A stretch of DNA of 63,930 nt, the filler included, from Thelocarpon superellum (taxonomy: Eukaryota): assembly GCA_026025795.1 (NCBI GenBank). It is 3 parts of 3 records of this genome, joined end to end, with 100 filler letters (N's around TTAATTAATTAA, not from the genome) between each part and the next. Parts side by side here need not be neighbours in the genome. Positions count along the whole stretch, not along the records: positions 48,024 to 63,930 come from JAPEUG010000401.1; 2 more parts are not named here. One strand, written 5' to 3'. Under the pieces are notes generated by a model, which was given only the letters and a program-made list of their open reading frames with translations, ran no database searches and was not told the origin of the DNA. Of the stretch, positions 50,414-63,773 are shown in pieces. The position numbers and the translations under genes are program-made. The first letter of the stretch is position 1. Every line of letters starts with the position of its first letter.

Positions 50414-52423
50414 GGCGAGGAATGTCGTGGGTGGGCAGTCGGCGATGACGACGATGGCCACGGTCGGGATGGGGTCGTTGGCGTCGGGGATGGGAGGCGG
50501 AGGTCGGCGGAGACTTTATCGAACGCCAGTCCGAACACGAGCGACCCAAAGGCCCTGGCGACCCGTGGCAGCGCGATTCGTAATTCCTCTTTCCTCCTCC
50601 CAAGTATCTTGACGAGGTAGAGGACTTTGGACGATCACCGGTCGGGTCCACCGCAAGGCTGCGGGTTCTAGGACTTCCTAATTGAGCCGCTTGGGCATGC
50701 AGTGCAGAGGTTGAGTGGCCCGGCTACGATCAGGGTGCGTCTGCAGCTATTGCGAGGTGGGCGTGGGGCGTAACACCACCAATCAATCACCTGCACGAGT
50801 CCGAGCCCTTGACATCATGCGGCTCCCGCAGTCCCTCCACCGTCCCGACGGCCTCTACGGCCAGGAGCGCACAGATATCCGTCGCATACTGCGACTAGGG
50901 CTGGGAGCTGTTGGCGCTGTTGTCGCCGACGGCGAGCTGCTGCCACCATGAGGCGGGGAGCTTCCAGCATAGAGCTATCCCGTCCGGGCCTATCCGGATT
51001 AGAAACCAATGCGCTGCGGGCCTGTGCCGTACAGCAGCTCCGTTCGTTTCTAGCAGCTTGCGCCAACCGACTGGCCATAGCCATAGACACGTCACTCATC
51101 GTACCCGCTCCCTCCTCACGCTCTCGTCAGGGTGCCGGCGATCGTGCTCTAAGCACGATGCACGGTCCAGCAGGCGCCAGTCCGCGGGCCAGGCTTGGAA
51201 CTCCGCAAACTCTGATAGCCCGGATTGCTCGGATCATGCTGGACGTTCTTTGTCCGGCCGACGCGTTGACCGCCTAGTCCGTGCAATGCTCCACCTCGCT
51301 GGCCCATATCAGCGCAAAGCCTCAGTATGCGCCGTTCCGCCGCGCACGGGAGAAAGTCTGACGCGCATGACTTTAAGCGCCGATGGAGCCTCAAAAGTCT
51401 CTTTCACCTGCAGACCCGCATGTCCGTCCAGCCACCTGAAGGGTTTTCCTTTCTCCTGCTCCCTTGCGTCGTGGGCTGATGAGTAGATGGCGCTGGCTGC
51501 GAGTGACTATTGGCGGCCACGATTATCCTCTGAGCCAGCCCAACAGTACACGAGCGAACGAGTAGTCATCAAGTCCCGACGGAACGTGCAATTTCCGGGG
51601 TCCAAGGTCCCTTTCCAGCTGCACCAAACCCTGGGGAGATGACTCTTTGCGAATACCCGGGGAATCTCCTCGAGTTTTCACCGATCAGTGGATGGTGTTC
51701 CATTCGTCGTGACGTCGTGCAGAATGGCTTCATTAACGCCGCCGGTAGACGTGGAGCTGGTGCGAGTCGCTGCCGGGACTCGAAGGGGTGCGAGGCCATG
51801 ATAGGGCCCCGAGCGAGCCCGAAGACGTGGACTAGTCTGGCACGAAGACCGTCGACGAACGCCTCGCACGCGCTTGCCATGGCCTCGGTCACTACTAGCA
51901 AAGTAGGGTGGAATCTTGACCGCTGATTTGAAGACAAGACCCAGCTGCCCCAGCGGAGTCACCTGCTGTGCCGGACATCCCCTGGACTCATTCTAGTGCC
52001 GGCCAGGTTGACGGGACATGCCAAAGTGTAATCCAACCAACAGCGGTCGTGCTTGCGATCTGCCATCTACGAGTAGGGTGGTGGCCGGGCAAGCCGTCTC
52101 GCACGGGCCGTGCGGATCGCTGGACGCTCGAGCTCCCACGTCACGCGCCGTCTGAGATAGCGCCTCGCATGGGCAACTTCGCCTTGGGTCTTTCCGGCGA
52201 ACCGAAATAACGATCGTTTTTGGTCACGTGTTCATCCGGGCGCCGTTTCTCGTTCTTGGGGCAGGGCATCATGAGATGGTCCTGGCAGTGAGAAGACATG
52301 TATGCAGGATTCTCGTCGAGAACTACGAGTGGGCGAGTAGAAAGTGAAGTTCGCGTTGCTCCTCCCTTCCAACGCCGGTGCAATTGCCATCTATCCATGT
52401 CGAGCACCCAAGACTTCAAGACT

Positions 52424-52872
52424 TCATACAAGCTGTGTCTTCGACCGGTCACGATCAGCAGGATTATATCTGCCGTTGCACTTCGGTGTCAGCGGCAATA
52501 CTCCAAGATTAAGAGATCCAAATTGATGCTTGCGCCCACGTCAGATGTAGAAGGCATACCGTAAGAGCTTCTCGATCAGATCCACGTGGGTCATGATCAT
52601 GCGTCGGCAGCAGTACCGTTTCAAGCCGAGCTCATCCATCGCATCGCTGCGCCGCAGATGTTGGATGTCAGTGTGCAAGTCCTTGACGCCGAGGCGGTGG
52701 CAGGAGCTGGCGAGACCTTACCCGTCGGTGGTTCCCTCATCCAAGAGTCGGAGATAGCGTTCCCAAAGATCGCCGATGACCTGCAGGGTAGCGTGAGCGG
52801 ATGTCGGGACGTGGATGGGAAGCGTGATGTTCCCACCTTGCCACACGAGAAACATCGCACGGGGATAATCAT
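52424..52872 (-). CDS. RPB10: RNA polymerases I/II/III common subunit RPABC5
   Basis: [63 protein letters not shown]; 3 introns. Confidence 0.96.
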
Positions 52873-53175
52873 CTTGACTGCTAGAGGTACGCGTGCCCTC
52901 CCACCGTTTTCAGCCCAAGCTTTCCAGTCGCCCTCGAAATATTCTGCTTGACCGTAGGTGTGATGGATGAGGTGACAGATGAAAGTTCGTTTCCTGTACG
53001 GATCCACACCCACCGTTCTAGTGTGGTGAGCGAGGAAAATAATTTGGTTGGCGAAGACAAAACCCCACTACAACCTGACGGAAGCCTGTTTGAAGAACAA
53101 GTCCGACATCAGACAACATGGCACCCACTCAAGCTTGACTTAATTCTCCGTACCAACGAAGGGTTCCCAATCCCA

Positions 53176-56100
53176 ATGATGCCGTCGACTAAAAAAAGGA
53201 AACGAGCTGGACCAGCACCGGAGAAAGAGAGCACGCCCATTCCGAAACAGGACAAAGAGCTCTCGCAGCCGTCGCAATCAGACCGACAGATCCATCCCGC
53301 TCGCCCAACTACCCACCGCAAAGAGGCAGCAATCGACTGGCGGAGAAGCAAGGAAAAGAACAAGGGGCGACGTGCTGCGACGGCTGGCGCAAATACGTGG
53401 ACCATCTCTGAAGCCACTGCTGGTCGATTTATCGACGCCAGTCCCGTCTTTTCTCTCGATGAACGGTTAGTCCTGCCCGCCCTAGAGATCCTTTGCCAGC
53501 TCGGTGGACTCGGTTCATTGGAGTATAGATTCCTCCTCCTCGCACAGGCGTCGGCCGTTCATGTCTACGCCATCCAGACCTCATCGCTGGCTCGGACACT
53601 TGCTCTGCCTGCCGCAGCCTCGGCCGATTCCGCGATTACGGACCATGCACTCTCCCGGACCAATCCCCACCACCTGTACGCCTGCACGTTGGATGGAATC
53701 GTCCACAAATGGGACTGGGTGGCTGGAACCAAACTCGGGCGGTGGCAGCTGGCCTCGAAGGTTGTCGGCATCGTCATTGGAACAGTGAGATCCGGCCAGA
53801 CCGAGACAGATGTGGTGTACGCGAGGGAACAAGATGGCTCGAAGTGGTGCATCTCGGCCCACAAGCTGACGAGTGGAGCTGATGCCTCGCAAACTGAATC
53901 AAAGACCATCCGGCGGTCCGAACAGCCCATCACCGCGTTGAAGGCGTTGGTCGGAGGTCGGATTCTCGTGGCGGCGTCAGGGGAACGGCTGCTCGTCGGA
54001 ACTTCCCCTGAGGGCGTCGCCTCACCCCTGCGCGAGACCAAGGTCCTTTGGAGAGAGATCCGCACGTCAGACTGGATCACTTCGTTGGATGTCCAACTAT
54101 CGGGCCGAGTGCTGGATGCCCCGAGCACCAAACGAAAGCCGGTGGCGCTAGAATTAGAGGACCCGGTGATCGATGTTATCGTGGGACACTTCAAAGGACC
54201 CATCTTCGTTTATGAAGATCTTCTGCACAGATGGATTGGCGCCGAACGCGACCGCGAGGGCTTTGCCCAGCTCTTGGAGCCCCGAAAGCATCACTGGCAC
54301 CGGGAAGCCGTGCGGTCCCTGTGCTGGTCTCTTGACGGTGAGTACGACGGAGCTGGCTTGTTCGAAGTTCGACATGGCTCACATCAGACGTAGGTAACTA
54401 CGTCATCTCGGGCGGATCGGAGACGGTGCTGGTGCTCTGGCAGCTCGATACCCGTCGACTCCAAACCCTGCCGCATCTATCTTCATCAATTGAGCGAATC
54501 GTCGTCTCGCCCACGGGCGCATCCTACGCGATCCGGCTGGCTGATAATTCGGCCATGGTCATCTCCACCACCGAGCTCAAGCCGACGGCATATATTGCTG
54601 GCATCCAGTCCTATCAATGGACGGGCCCGCACCGGCTGCAGAGCGGCCACATTCGGAACTTATCCTCCTCTCGCCAGTCTCAAGCCACTGCGTCATGGCA
54701 GAGATGGCCGATGACGATCAGCCCCCTCGCCCCCAATCAGCTTCTACTCGCCGCCGCCTCCTCCGCCAAGTTGCCGTCGCCGACCGACTCGGCTTTTGGT
54801 GCACCATACCTCCAGGTGTTTGATTTCTACGATGTCCGCCATCTGCACCGGCAGGCCTTGGCGCGCACCAACACGACAAATCGCAACACCGGTCCCGACA
54901 GCTATCCGATTGGAGAGCCTACGGTCACTTTGATCCAGATCAGCGCGGACGGCCGATGGCTCGTCTCGGTCGACGAGTGGACGCCTCCCTCTCATGACCT
55001 TGACTTCCTCACGCTAGACGGACCGGATCTTCGACGGTGGCAGCGCCAGCGTCGTGAAGTCTTCCTCAAATTTTGGACCTGGGATGAGGGTAAAAGGGAA
55101 TGGATCCTAGTCACGCGCGTGGATGCGCCCCATGGACGCCATCCGTATACCACAGCGCGATCCAGGGTTTTGGATCTCTGTGCTCACCCTTCGCAGCTCA
55201 GTTTCGCGACAGGTGGCGATGACCAGACGGTGCGAATATGGAAAGGCCAGAAACGCACACGGAATGATCTGGTGGTGCGTGGTTCCGATGCCACAATTCT
55301 AACGAGCTGGGCGTGCACCCATGTCATCAATTTGGGGATGTCGTCCCTCCTCCCCGTCGCTGGTGACACGGACGCGATAGGATCCGACAAGAGCTCGGTC
55401 CATCTCGCCTCCTCCGCGGACGGGTCGGTGCTCGCCGTGGTTCACCGTGATGTATCATCAGGCCCGGGCGATGTCGTGTCTTTCATCGATCCCGGAAGAG
55501 GCGAGGTGACTCGGACGCGGCGCGGGCTTGTGCAGGGACCGGCCATTGCTCTGGCTTTTCTCGACCGATATCTTGTCATTCTGGCGGAACAGCTGGTGGT
55601 GTGGAACGTAGTGGAAGACGTGGTGCTCTACAGCCTCCTCCTTCGCGCAAGTCCCATGTCGACTCAGATGCGTACACCTCTGACGCACCTCGCCGTTGAT
55701 TCGCGTCACGGTACCTTTACCGTTGCCCTACCTGCCACGGCACCCGGGAAGGGCGAGCATCTCACGCAGGAACGGGCGCCCAACGAATCCCTGTCCAAGG
55801 TCTACACACAGGTGATCATTTGCGACCCGACAAATCCGGTACCGCTGTGCGCAATCCCGCTGCCCCGCGCAGTCACGGCATTGATGCATGCGCCCGGCAC
55901 CAAAAACTTCGTCATGGTGGATACCGAAGGGGAGTTGCGGATAATTCGCCCGTCTAGCGGCCCCCACCTCCCTACGACAAAGGCTCCGGTTTCTTCAGCG
56001 GACGGCCTGGTACCGACCCGGCCTGCATCGACCGTTGCAACGCTTGACGCCGTCGACGTTGCCGATGCCGGTGAGGAAAGTGAGGAGAGCGATGGGGCGG

Positions 56101-56306
56101 CACGGGAACCTTGCCGACCTCGACCAGCAGCATGGGCAGAAGTGCATGGGGCGATGACCGACGACAGGGATGATGTGCCCGTGGTGCGGACGGAGCAACT
56201 GAGCGAGATCTTTGATGTGGGCCCGGCATATGCGATGCCGCCGATTGAGGATTTGTACGATCAAGTCATGGGCCTCTACGCTGGCACGATTCCTACCATC
56301 GAGTAG
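53176..56306 (+). CDS. NAN1: U3 snoRNA-associated WD40 protein Utp17/Nan1 (WDR75)
   Basis: HHWHREAVRSLCWSLDG|NYVISGGSETVLVLWQLDT..LPHLSSSIE; GRWLVSVDEW; LKFWTW; FATGGDDQTVRIW; two introns. Confidence 0.9.
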
Positions 56307-57571
56307 GTTCGGCGGTGTGGTTGATTGCCGCATCAGATTCTGGAAGTATCGCATCAAACGAAGGTGGCCCGTTCCCCCAAGACCCTGAGAATTGGTCGAG
56401 ACTCTATTGGCGACAAATGACGCAGCCCATGCCGGCACGTGGGCGCAGAAGAGGGACTGCGCGGAAGTATCTATTCCACCCGGTAGTAGGTCATTCGAAG
56501 CACGCGAGGGCGGACATCTTCGTGCCTCATACTTGTACGACCAGAACGACCGGACGTGAATGGTGAGCAATGAGTATGGAGCATGGAGCATGGGGCACCC
56601 TCATGTTGGTGCAGATGGTCGGGTCACACACGGATGTCGCGTAACGATATGGCGAATGTTATCTGTGGGCGAAGGGAAGTCCGGATAGCTGGATTGTTAC
56701 GAGTAGTACAACTTAGGCGGCACGAGAACCTCTCCAAAAGCCAAACGAACTACCCGGTCGGCCATCGCCGCAGGTAAGTACCGAGCGGTCAACGCAGGTC
56801 GATCATGTCTGGCTCATTAGTAGCGAAGAGACCGCCCCGGAGCGTGACCGACTCGGATGGGGGCTCGCCCCACAGATGGCGAAGAGAGGGTACGAGTACC
56901 AATACACTCGTAGAGTACTCATTCGTACTCGAGCGGAGACACGCAGGTTCTTCCGGACATCCTTAGCCCCCGCTGGCGCCACACCAAACATGATCGGCTC
57001 GCTACTTTTTCCCGACCTGCCTCTACCGGTCACTTTGATCCGGTCGACACGCAACTGCCAGAGGATGGTAGAGCAAGATGGGGAAGTAAGAGGCGCCAAT
57101 CTCGGTCAAGACCCTGCCACGTTGACTCTCCCGCCCGCAAATTGCCGTCGTCGCCAGTCCGGGGCCGGTTGGCTCTTCCTCGCCATCGCCGTTGCCTGCT
57201 GGCGCTCCGAGACCCCACCTGGCCCGGGGCGTGCCACTTGCTCTGACACGCCTGTCCAGGCCATATCCCGAGGCATATTCCTTCTCTCTGAAGTCTTGCC
57301 CGCCCACATGCGCCGGCTGATAGCAGGGACATGACGTGATCTACCGCTCCCCTCTCCCGGAGCCATGCCCGAAGAGACTGTGGGAAGCCGGCTTGAACGG
57401 TCTAGTCCATCCTGACCGGGATCTAGAAGGAGGACGCCGGTATGACGCACCGGGCGTGATTGCCCATGCGGTCCGGCATATATTTGCCCGGCATGGCCGC
57501 CTCTTCTGTCCGGCCCGCGTGCTGCTCCTGTTTTCGTACATCCCTTCGGAAGTTGCCAGCCCAGTCCCACA

Positions 57572-59401
57572 ATGTGGTCTCACGGCATCTCACCGATCTT
57601 GGTGGCGCTCGCCACCACGACGTTGGCAGCGATCAAAGTGCCGCATGCTGGCTTACCTATCGTGGATCTGAAGTACACCTTACAGCAGGCCACCCCCTTT
57701 GTTGTAAGTACGAACGGATCGACCACCTCGGCGCCGTTGCTGGCGTTTCAATCCGACATGTTAATAGGACCGTCTAGGGTAATGCACAAGTCTACAATTT
57801 CTCCAATATTCGCTTCGCCGAGCCCCCCGTCGGACATCTTCGTTTTGCGCCACCTGTGCCAGCCAAGGAGAACCGGACAATCCAGACCAGCGAGGTCAGT
57901 CGGGTTTGCTACCAGGCGCTTCCCGGCTGGGCCGCAAGTCAAACGGCGAGTCAGTTCAACTCGAGCAAGCCGGCGTCTGGTGCCGCCACGGAGCTTCCGG
58001 CCCTCGATCCGCGGGAGACGGAAGACTGTCTTTTCCTGGACGTCTATGTGCCCAAAAACGTGTACGACCACCAATCCAATGGCTCGGGCGCAGCGGTCCT
58101 GGTCTGGATCTACGGCGGAGGGTATGTCGAGGGAGACAAGACCGGCAATGGCAGTCCGGTGGGCCTCCTTAGCGAGAGCGCCTTCGGCACGGGTGGGTCC
58201 GTCATCTACGTGGCGATGAACTACCGCCTGGGCGCCTTTGGCTGGCTGGCTGGACCGACCCTGCAGGCCGACGGCACGGCCAATGTGGGCCTCCTCGATC
58301 AGCGCCTGGCGCTGGAGTGGGTGCAAGAGCACATCGAGGCCTTTGGAGGTGATCCGAAACGCGTGACCGTCTTCGGCGAATCGGCTGGCGGTGGCTCTAT
58401 CATGCATCAGATCACGGCGTACGGCGGCAACAAGGGCCCGGTTCCCTTCCAGCAAGCCGTGCCGCAGAGCGCTGCCTTTCAGCCGACGCCGGGCAATTTC
58501 CAACCCGAACAAGCGACGCAGGCATTCTTGTCGGCCTTGAATGTGAGCACGATCCAAGCCGCTCGTGGTCTCTCTTCGTTGGCTCTCCGCGATGCGAATT
58601 ACGAGGTGGTCGGGGGCGCGGGCTACGGTCAATTCACGTTTGGTAAGTCGCCTGGCTTGGGAATCCTCCGCTGGGTGCTGAGATGCGCGGTGCTGCAGGC
58701 CCCGTCGTGGATGGTGACTTTGTCCCAGCGCTACCGGGAAAGCTCCTGCTGCAGGGTTCATTCAACAAGGACTTGAAGTTGTTGATCGGGCACAATTCGA
58801 ATGAGGTATGTGACGCCCCCCCTCCCCCCTTCCTTCCTGCCTCTGATTTTCCCAGGGTCTCTTATTCACGAACCCCAACATCACAACCGATGGGGATTAT
58901 GAAAATCTCATCAAGAGCGAGTTTCCTAATGCACCTGCCTCGGTCATCTCCTACATCTCCGAGGAACTCTACCCGCCCGTCTTCAGCGGACTGCTACCGT
59001 ACAAGGACGATTTAGACCGTGCCGCGTTCACCGTGTCGGAGGCCGTCTTCACGTGCAATACCAACTATCTGGCTCGTGCTTTTGGCAACAAGACGTACAA
59101 CTACATCTTCTCCGTACCGCCCGGACTCCATGGTCAGGACGTGGCCTACACTTACTACGGCAGCGGAGTCAGCTCAGGCGTACTTCCGTTGCCGATCAAT
59201 GCTACTGTTGCAGTGGCGCTACAAAAGTACATTACGGAGTTTGCGGAAACCGGGGCGCCCAGTGAAGCAGGCGTGCCCCACTTTGACATCTACGGCCCGA
59301 ATGCGCAGGTCCTGAACCTGGGAGCGGACGGCATTGATGAGATTGTGGACCCGACGGCCAACACGAGGTGTCTCTGGTGGCAAAAGGCACTGTACTACTA
59401 G
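57572..59401 (+). CDS. Secreted type-B carboxylesterase/lipase
   Basis: Signal peptide; FSNIRFAEPP..LRFAPP; EDCLFLDVY; VWIYGGGY; NYRLG; FGGDPKRVTVFGESAGG; GHNSNE; HGQD; 3 introns. Confidence 0.93.
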
Positions 59402-60307
59402 CATCACTCGGTGCCTGCGCATGCATGTGTAGGCTAAAGGGAGGAATCATGAAGCATAACCATGGGAATAGAAGTGGGTTCTGAAATCAAGAGCAATCCA
59501 TATGGAGCTCGCATTCGAATGGAAGAGGCATGCGGGTCAGAATTCGGTCGACGGTCGCATTACACCTACAATACTGACGCACCCCGAGATGTAGGCTGGA
59601 ATGGGTGGTTTCTTCTACGGAAGCTCTCCGTCTTTCTCTAAACAGCTATCGTGGGTCACGTGCAGCAGCTTAGTCAAGTGCCTAGAGCTCCCGTATGGAG
59701 CCTCCACAAAACGTAAGTAACCGGCAACCGAAGGGCCTGCTCCCCTCCGATCCATTGATGCTAATGAGCCGGGGGATTTCCCAGCAACCGGCGGTGTCCG
59801 ATCTTTGAAGCAGGCGAGGAACAATCGAGGTCATCCGTCATTGGACCAATGCTTGAGTGAGGCCGCTACCTGGCTACTGGTCTCCTGCCTGGGGAGCAGC
59901 GGGCCACCAAAGCCAGCAGCGGATAACTGCGCAGGAGCTTGACGCCAGTCGTTACTCGCACTTCTCGGCCACTCACGTCATTTACCAGAGCTTCGCCTCG
60001 CCCGGCTTCTTGCGGCTCTGCTCATTGGCAATAGCTTGGCAGTTCACTGCCCAGCCTTGGACGCAGTCGCGCCTTGCGTGTATGCTACGAGGAAGCTCGT
60101 GAACAACCATCAGAGTGTTCCTTTTATTGCTCTTCAACCCAAATGAGTGGAATGTACAACGGACTTTCAGCCAGATGTCATCCATTTGAGGTACGTGCTT
60201 GATTCATTGCTCGGCTTTAGCTTACTCCAGTCTCCATAGCAGATTATTTTCTCATAGCTCGACGTACGGTACCCGAATTCATCAGCTGGGCAATCTCTTC
60301 AGCCAGC

Positions 60308-61187
60308 ATGGCGCTACCGTTCAGGGAGTGAGTAGCCCTCCTTGCTCTTATTCTGAGACTTCCTGCGAGCTGAAGCATTCTGACGGTTATGATGCAGGAT
60401 CATGAGCTCTCCCACCTTTCGCTTTGAAGTTGGCACCTCTTCATTCGAGGTCCACCGTGCGGCCATCACCAAGGAGTCCCCGGTGCTAGACAAGCTCATG
60501 AACGGTTCCATGGAGGAAGCGAGGCAAGGGGTCGCACGGCTAGAGGATGTATCCGAGGAGACGTTCGTCCGCTTCACCCAATTCGCATACACTGGCGACT
60601 ACGTGCCACCAAGCTTTCAGATTGCAGCGGGCGCGGAAGAGCTGGAGAAATCCAATCCTTATGCTTCCGACGACGATCCCTGGAAGCTAATCCAGTCGAA
60701 AGGCAAGAAGAAGTCCCATTCCTTCGACCGCTTCGACGAGGGGGAGGCCCAGCGACTCTTCAAGAACGTGGAGTACGAGCTTCCTCGGTCTCGAACGGCG
60801 TTGCTCGCGGCTTGTGAAGCGCGCCCCAATCGAGGATCCGACGAAGACTATACCCCGGTTTTCCTGGGCCATGCAGAGCTCTACGTCTTTGCAGATCAGT
60901 ACGGGATCAAAGACCTGAAGACCTTGGTTCTTCATAAACTCCATCGATTGCTGGTGGTCTTCTCGGCGTATGAGAGCAGGGTGACCGACATTGTCGCCCT
61001 TGTGCGATACACTTACACCAACACACCCTTCTGCGACAACATCGCGGACCAATTTCGCGAGATGGTGCTTCTCTATGTCGCAAGTCAGTTCAAAAAGATT
61101 GGAAGATCGCAGGACTTTGTCGACCTTGTGGCTGAGGGTGGCTCTTTTGCCGCCGACCTTATCCTGAAACTTCAAGAAAACATGTGA
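60308..61187 (+). CDS. BTB/POZ domain protein
   Basis: MALPFRE|IMSSPTFRFEVG..FEVHRAAITKESPVLDKLMNGSMEEA..LEDVSEETFVRFTQFAYTGDY; FLGHAELYVFADQY. Confidence 0.88.
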
Positions 61188-61280
61188 CATGAGTTTTCCC
61201 TATGTGCTTGGGGTACGCAGCTCGCTAGAGATGCTTGCCCTACACATGTTCCGAATCTCGAACCGATTGGAATCTCCATC

Positions 61281-62010
61281 TTACACGGGAGGAATTCCTC
61301 CTCTAACTCGCGCCTGGGGACGCTGCGCAGGGCGCCAGTGCAGAATCAAGCCTTCAAAGGCATTGGAGTCTTCAAGCTGTGAAATTGGCTCTTGCTCATA
61401 GCCTTTGGTCATGTTCTTCATCCGCTGTATCTCCGCCTCGGAAGACGGACAGCTTTCCCTGCGCAGTCTCAGTCCACGCTCACGCCCGACGAAGGCCAAC
61501 CGGGGGCTGCCGTACCCGCTTTCATTTTCTTTGGAAGAGACCCATTCAAGTAAGCCGGTGATGAATGCCGCTGGCCAGGTATCTTGACTTATGATCTCAT
61601 AGAAGAAGGCGTACCTCCCCACGCCGTAGACGAGGGTGTGCTGGTCCACAGCAAGGAATGCCTCGGGGTCATCGACGACCTGCACGCGGTGCTGCCGAAA
61701 GAAGTCTTTGTCCCGATCGGTGAATTCGGGATCCTGAGCGATACAGCGCGCGCCTGTGGAGGAGGCCTCTTAACCTAGAGTCAGCAGTCCATCTCATTCG
61801 CCATCGATCGCGTCCAGGACGCTACCGATGCAGTCGAAGATGGTCAATAGCGTCGCAGCTTGGAAGCGCGATCTGTTTCTGAGGCGCTCCACGGTACCCT
61901 GGAGGCTTCCATTGCCCAAGCCGACGACTTTGTCTATTCGAACGGCAGCGGTGACGCGCGCCAGCTGAGCTCTCAACAGAGCGGCGTCTTCACTGTTCTC
62001 CCATCGGGCC
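61281..62010 (-). CDS. SRR1-like domain protein, possibly 5'-truncated
   Basis: IDKVVGLGNGSL..SRFQAA; CIAQDPEFTDRDKDF..VVDDPEAFLAVDQHTLVY; WPAAFI. No clear start codon upstream. Confidence 0.6.
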
Positions 62011-62260
62011 TAAAAGTACGGACGGCCACTCGCGAAAAAAAGCAAACGTGCGCAGGATGGCGGACAGGCAAGGCTGCCTGAACAGTTACGGGCAAATCAC
62101 GTGGCGATAAGATAAGCAAATGACGTGATTATTTAGTTGTCCAGTTGCCCGGCATGTAATGGCTCGACAGGGAGCAAGAGGTTATGTTACATTGTAACAC
62201 TATTCCTCAGCAGGGGTCATCTATTTCTAACGTATCAGAAAAAGCTCTCTAAATTCAAAA

Positions 62261-63667
62261 ATGACTTCGTTTGATCACATTCCCATCCTGGACCTGTCTC
62301 TCGCACGGGGCGCAACAACCAAGCCGAAATTCCTGGAAGATCTTCGCCACGCATTACTAGAAGTTGGATTCCTCTACGTCCAAAACACCGGAATCGATCC
62401 TCGGTTGATTCAGGATGCCATCGAACAAGGCATCGCATTCTTCGATCTGCCGCTGGAGGAGAAGTTACGAATCGAGATGAAAAATGGTCGGGTTCCTTTC
62501 GCAGATTTCGGGGGAAGAAGGGATTTTTAAAAAATTCACCTTTCGCTGACGATGGACATGCACACAGCCCCAAGTTTCCTGGGATATTCGCGGCTGGGCA
62601 ACGAGATGTACGCAAGCCATTCCTCACACGCCTGTCTCTTCTGCGTCAAGCATGTCAGACTGATCCAGCGGCTGTCTCCTTCGGCCGTCACAGCACGCAA
62701 TCAGCCACGGACTGGCGCGAGCAAATCGACCTGTCCACCCCGCACGAGCTCCCCCGCCCGTCGTCCCCGCTGTACCACAACCTCCTCGCTCCCAACCAAT
62801 GGCCATCGGCAACCCACCTGCCGCACTTTCAGCGCGTGTTCGAAAGCTACATGGCGCAAATGGGCCAGATGTCCCTCTTCTTCACCTCTCTCGTCGCCCA
62901 GGCCCTCTCGCTCCCCGGCGACGCCTTCGCGCGCTTCTTCGACCCCAACCAGCAGCATAAGCTCAAGATTGTCAAATACCCCGACGGTGCCGAACTCGCC
63001 TCTGCCTCTGCCGCCGCATCCTCCTCCTCCTCCTCCGACCACGTACACCAAGGGCCCAATCAAGAGCGGCAGGGCGTCGGCCCACATAGAGACAGCATGC
63101 TGACCTCGTACCTCCTCCAAGCGTCACCGCACCGCGGGCTCCAGGTGCAGAATGCAGCAGGGGTGTGGATCGACGTGCCGCCTGTGCGCGACACGTTTGT
63201 CGTGGCCATCGGGCAGGGAATGGAGGCGTTGACGGGCGGTGTCTGTGCCTCCACCACCCATCGCGTGCTGAGTCCCCAGCCGGGCGAGGGCCCCCGCTAC
63301 AGCATCCCTTTCTTTCAGGGCGTGAGCTACGATGCGGCGTTTGAGAGCATGAGCGTGCCGGACCACTTAAGGGCGTTGAAAGAGGAGAGCGTGCGGGCGG
63401 GCAGGGCAGAGAGGGACAAGAAGAGAGACGGACAGGGCGAAGGCGAAGGCGAAGGCAACGGTGAAGTTGAGTTCACGTTCGTCAAAGGCCGCTGGATTCA
63501 TCTCGGCGAGGCTACGCTCGCCAATCGCGTCAGGAGTCATCCCGACGTCGGTCAGCGCTGGGTAGGTGGCATTTTATCTTCATGCGGGGCCTCTGCGACT
63601 GGATATGGATTTGCTGATGCCTGCGCAGTATCCCGATCTACTGGCCCAGATCCAAGCTCAGTCGTAA
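62261..63667 (+). CDS. 2-oxoglutarate/Fe(II)-dependent dioxygenase (IPNS/DIOX_N family)
   Basis: IPILDLS..VGFLYV; FFDLP; QGVGPHRDS (HxD); TTHRV; RYSIPFF (RxS); RSHPDVGQRW|YPDLL; 3 introns. Confidence 0.92.
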
Positions 63668-63773
63668 AGCACTTACCGCCTACTTTGTCTCGGTGTGTCT
63701 TAGGATCATTTCTTTCTCTCTTTGCTATCGACTTTTCGACAGATGGACGGATCCAGGTAGGGCCGGGGAAGTG

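Noticed and set aside
57572..63667. Esterase + BTB + oxygenase as a secondary-metabolite cluster
   Set aside because: No PKS/NRPS/terpene synthase backbone, transporter or cluster-specific regulator is visible.
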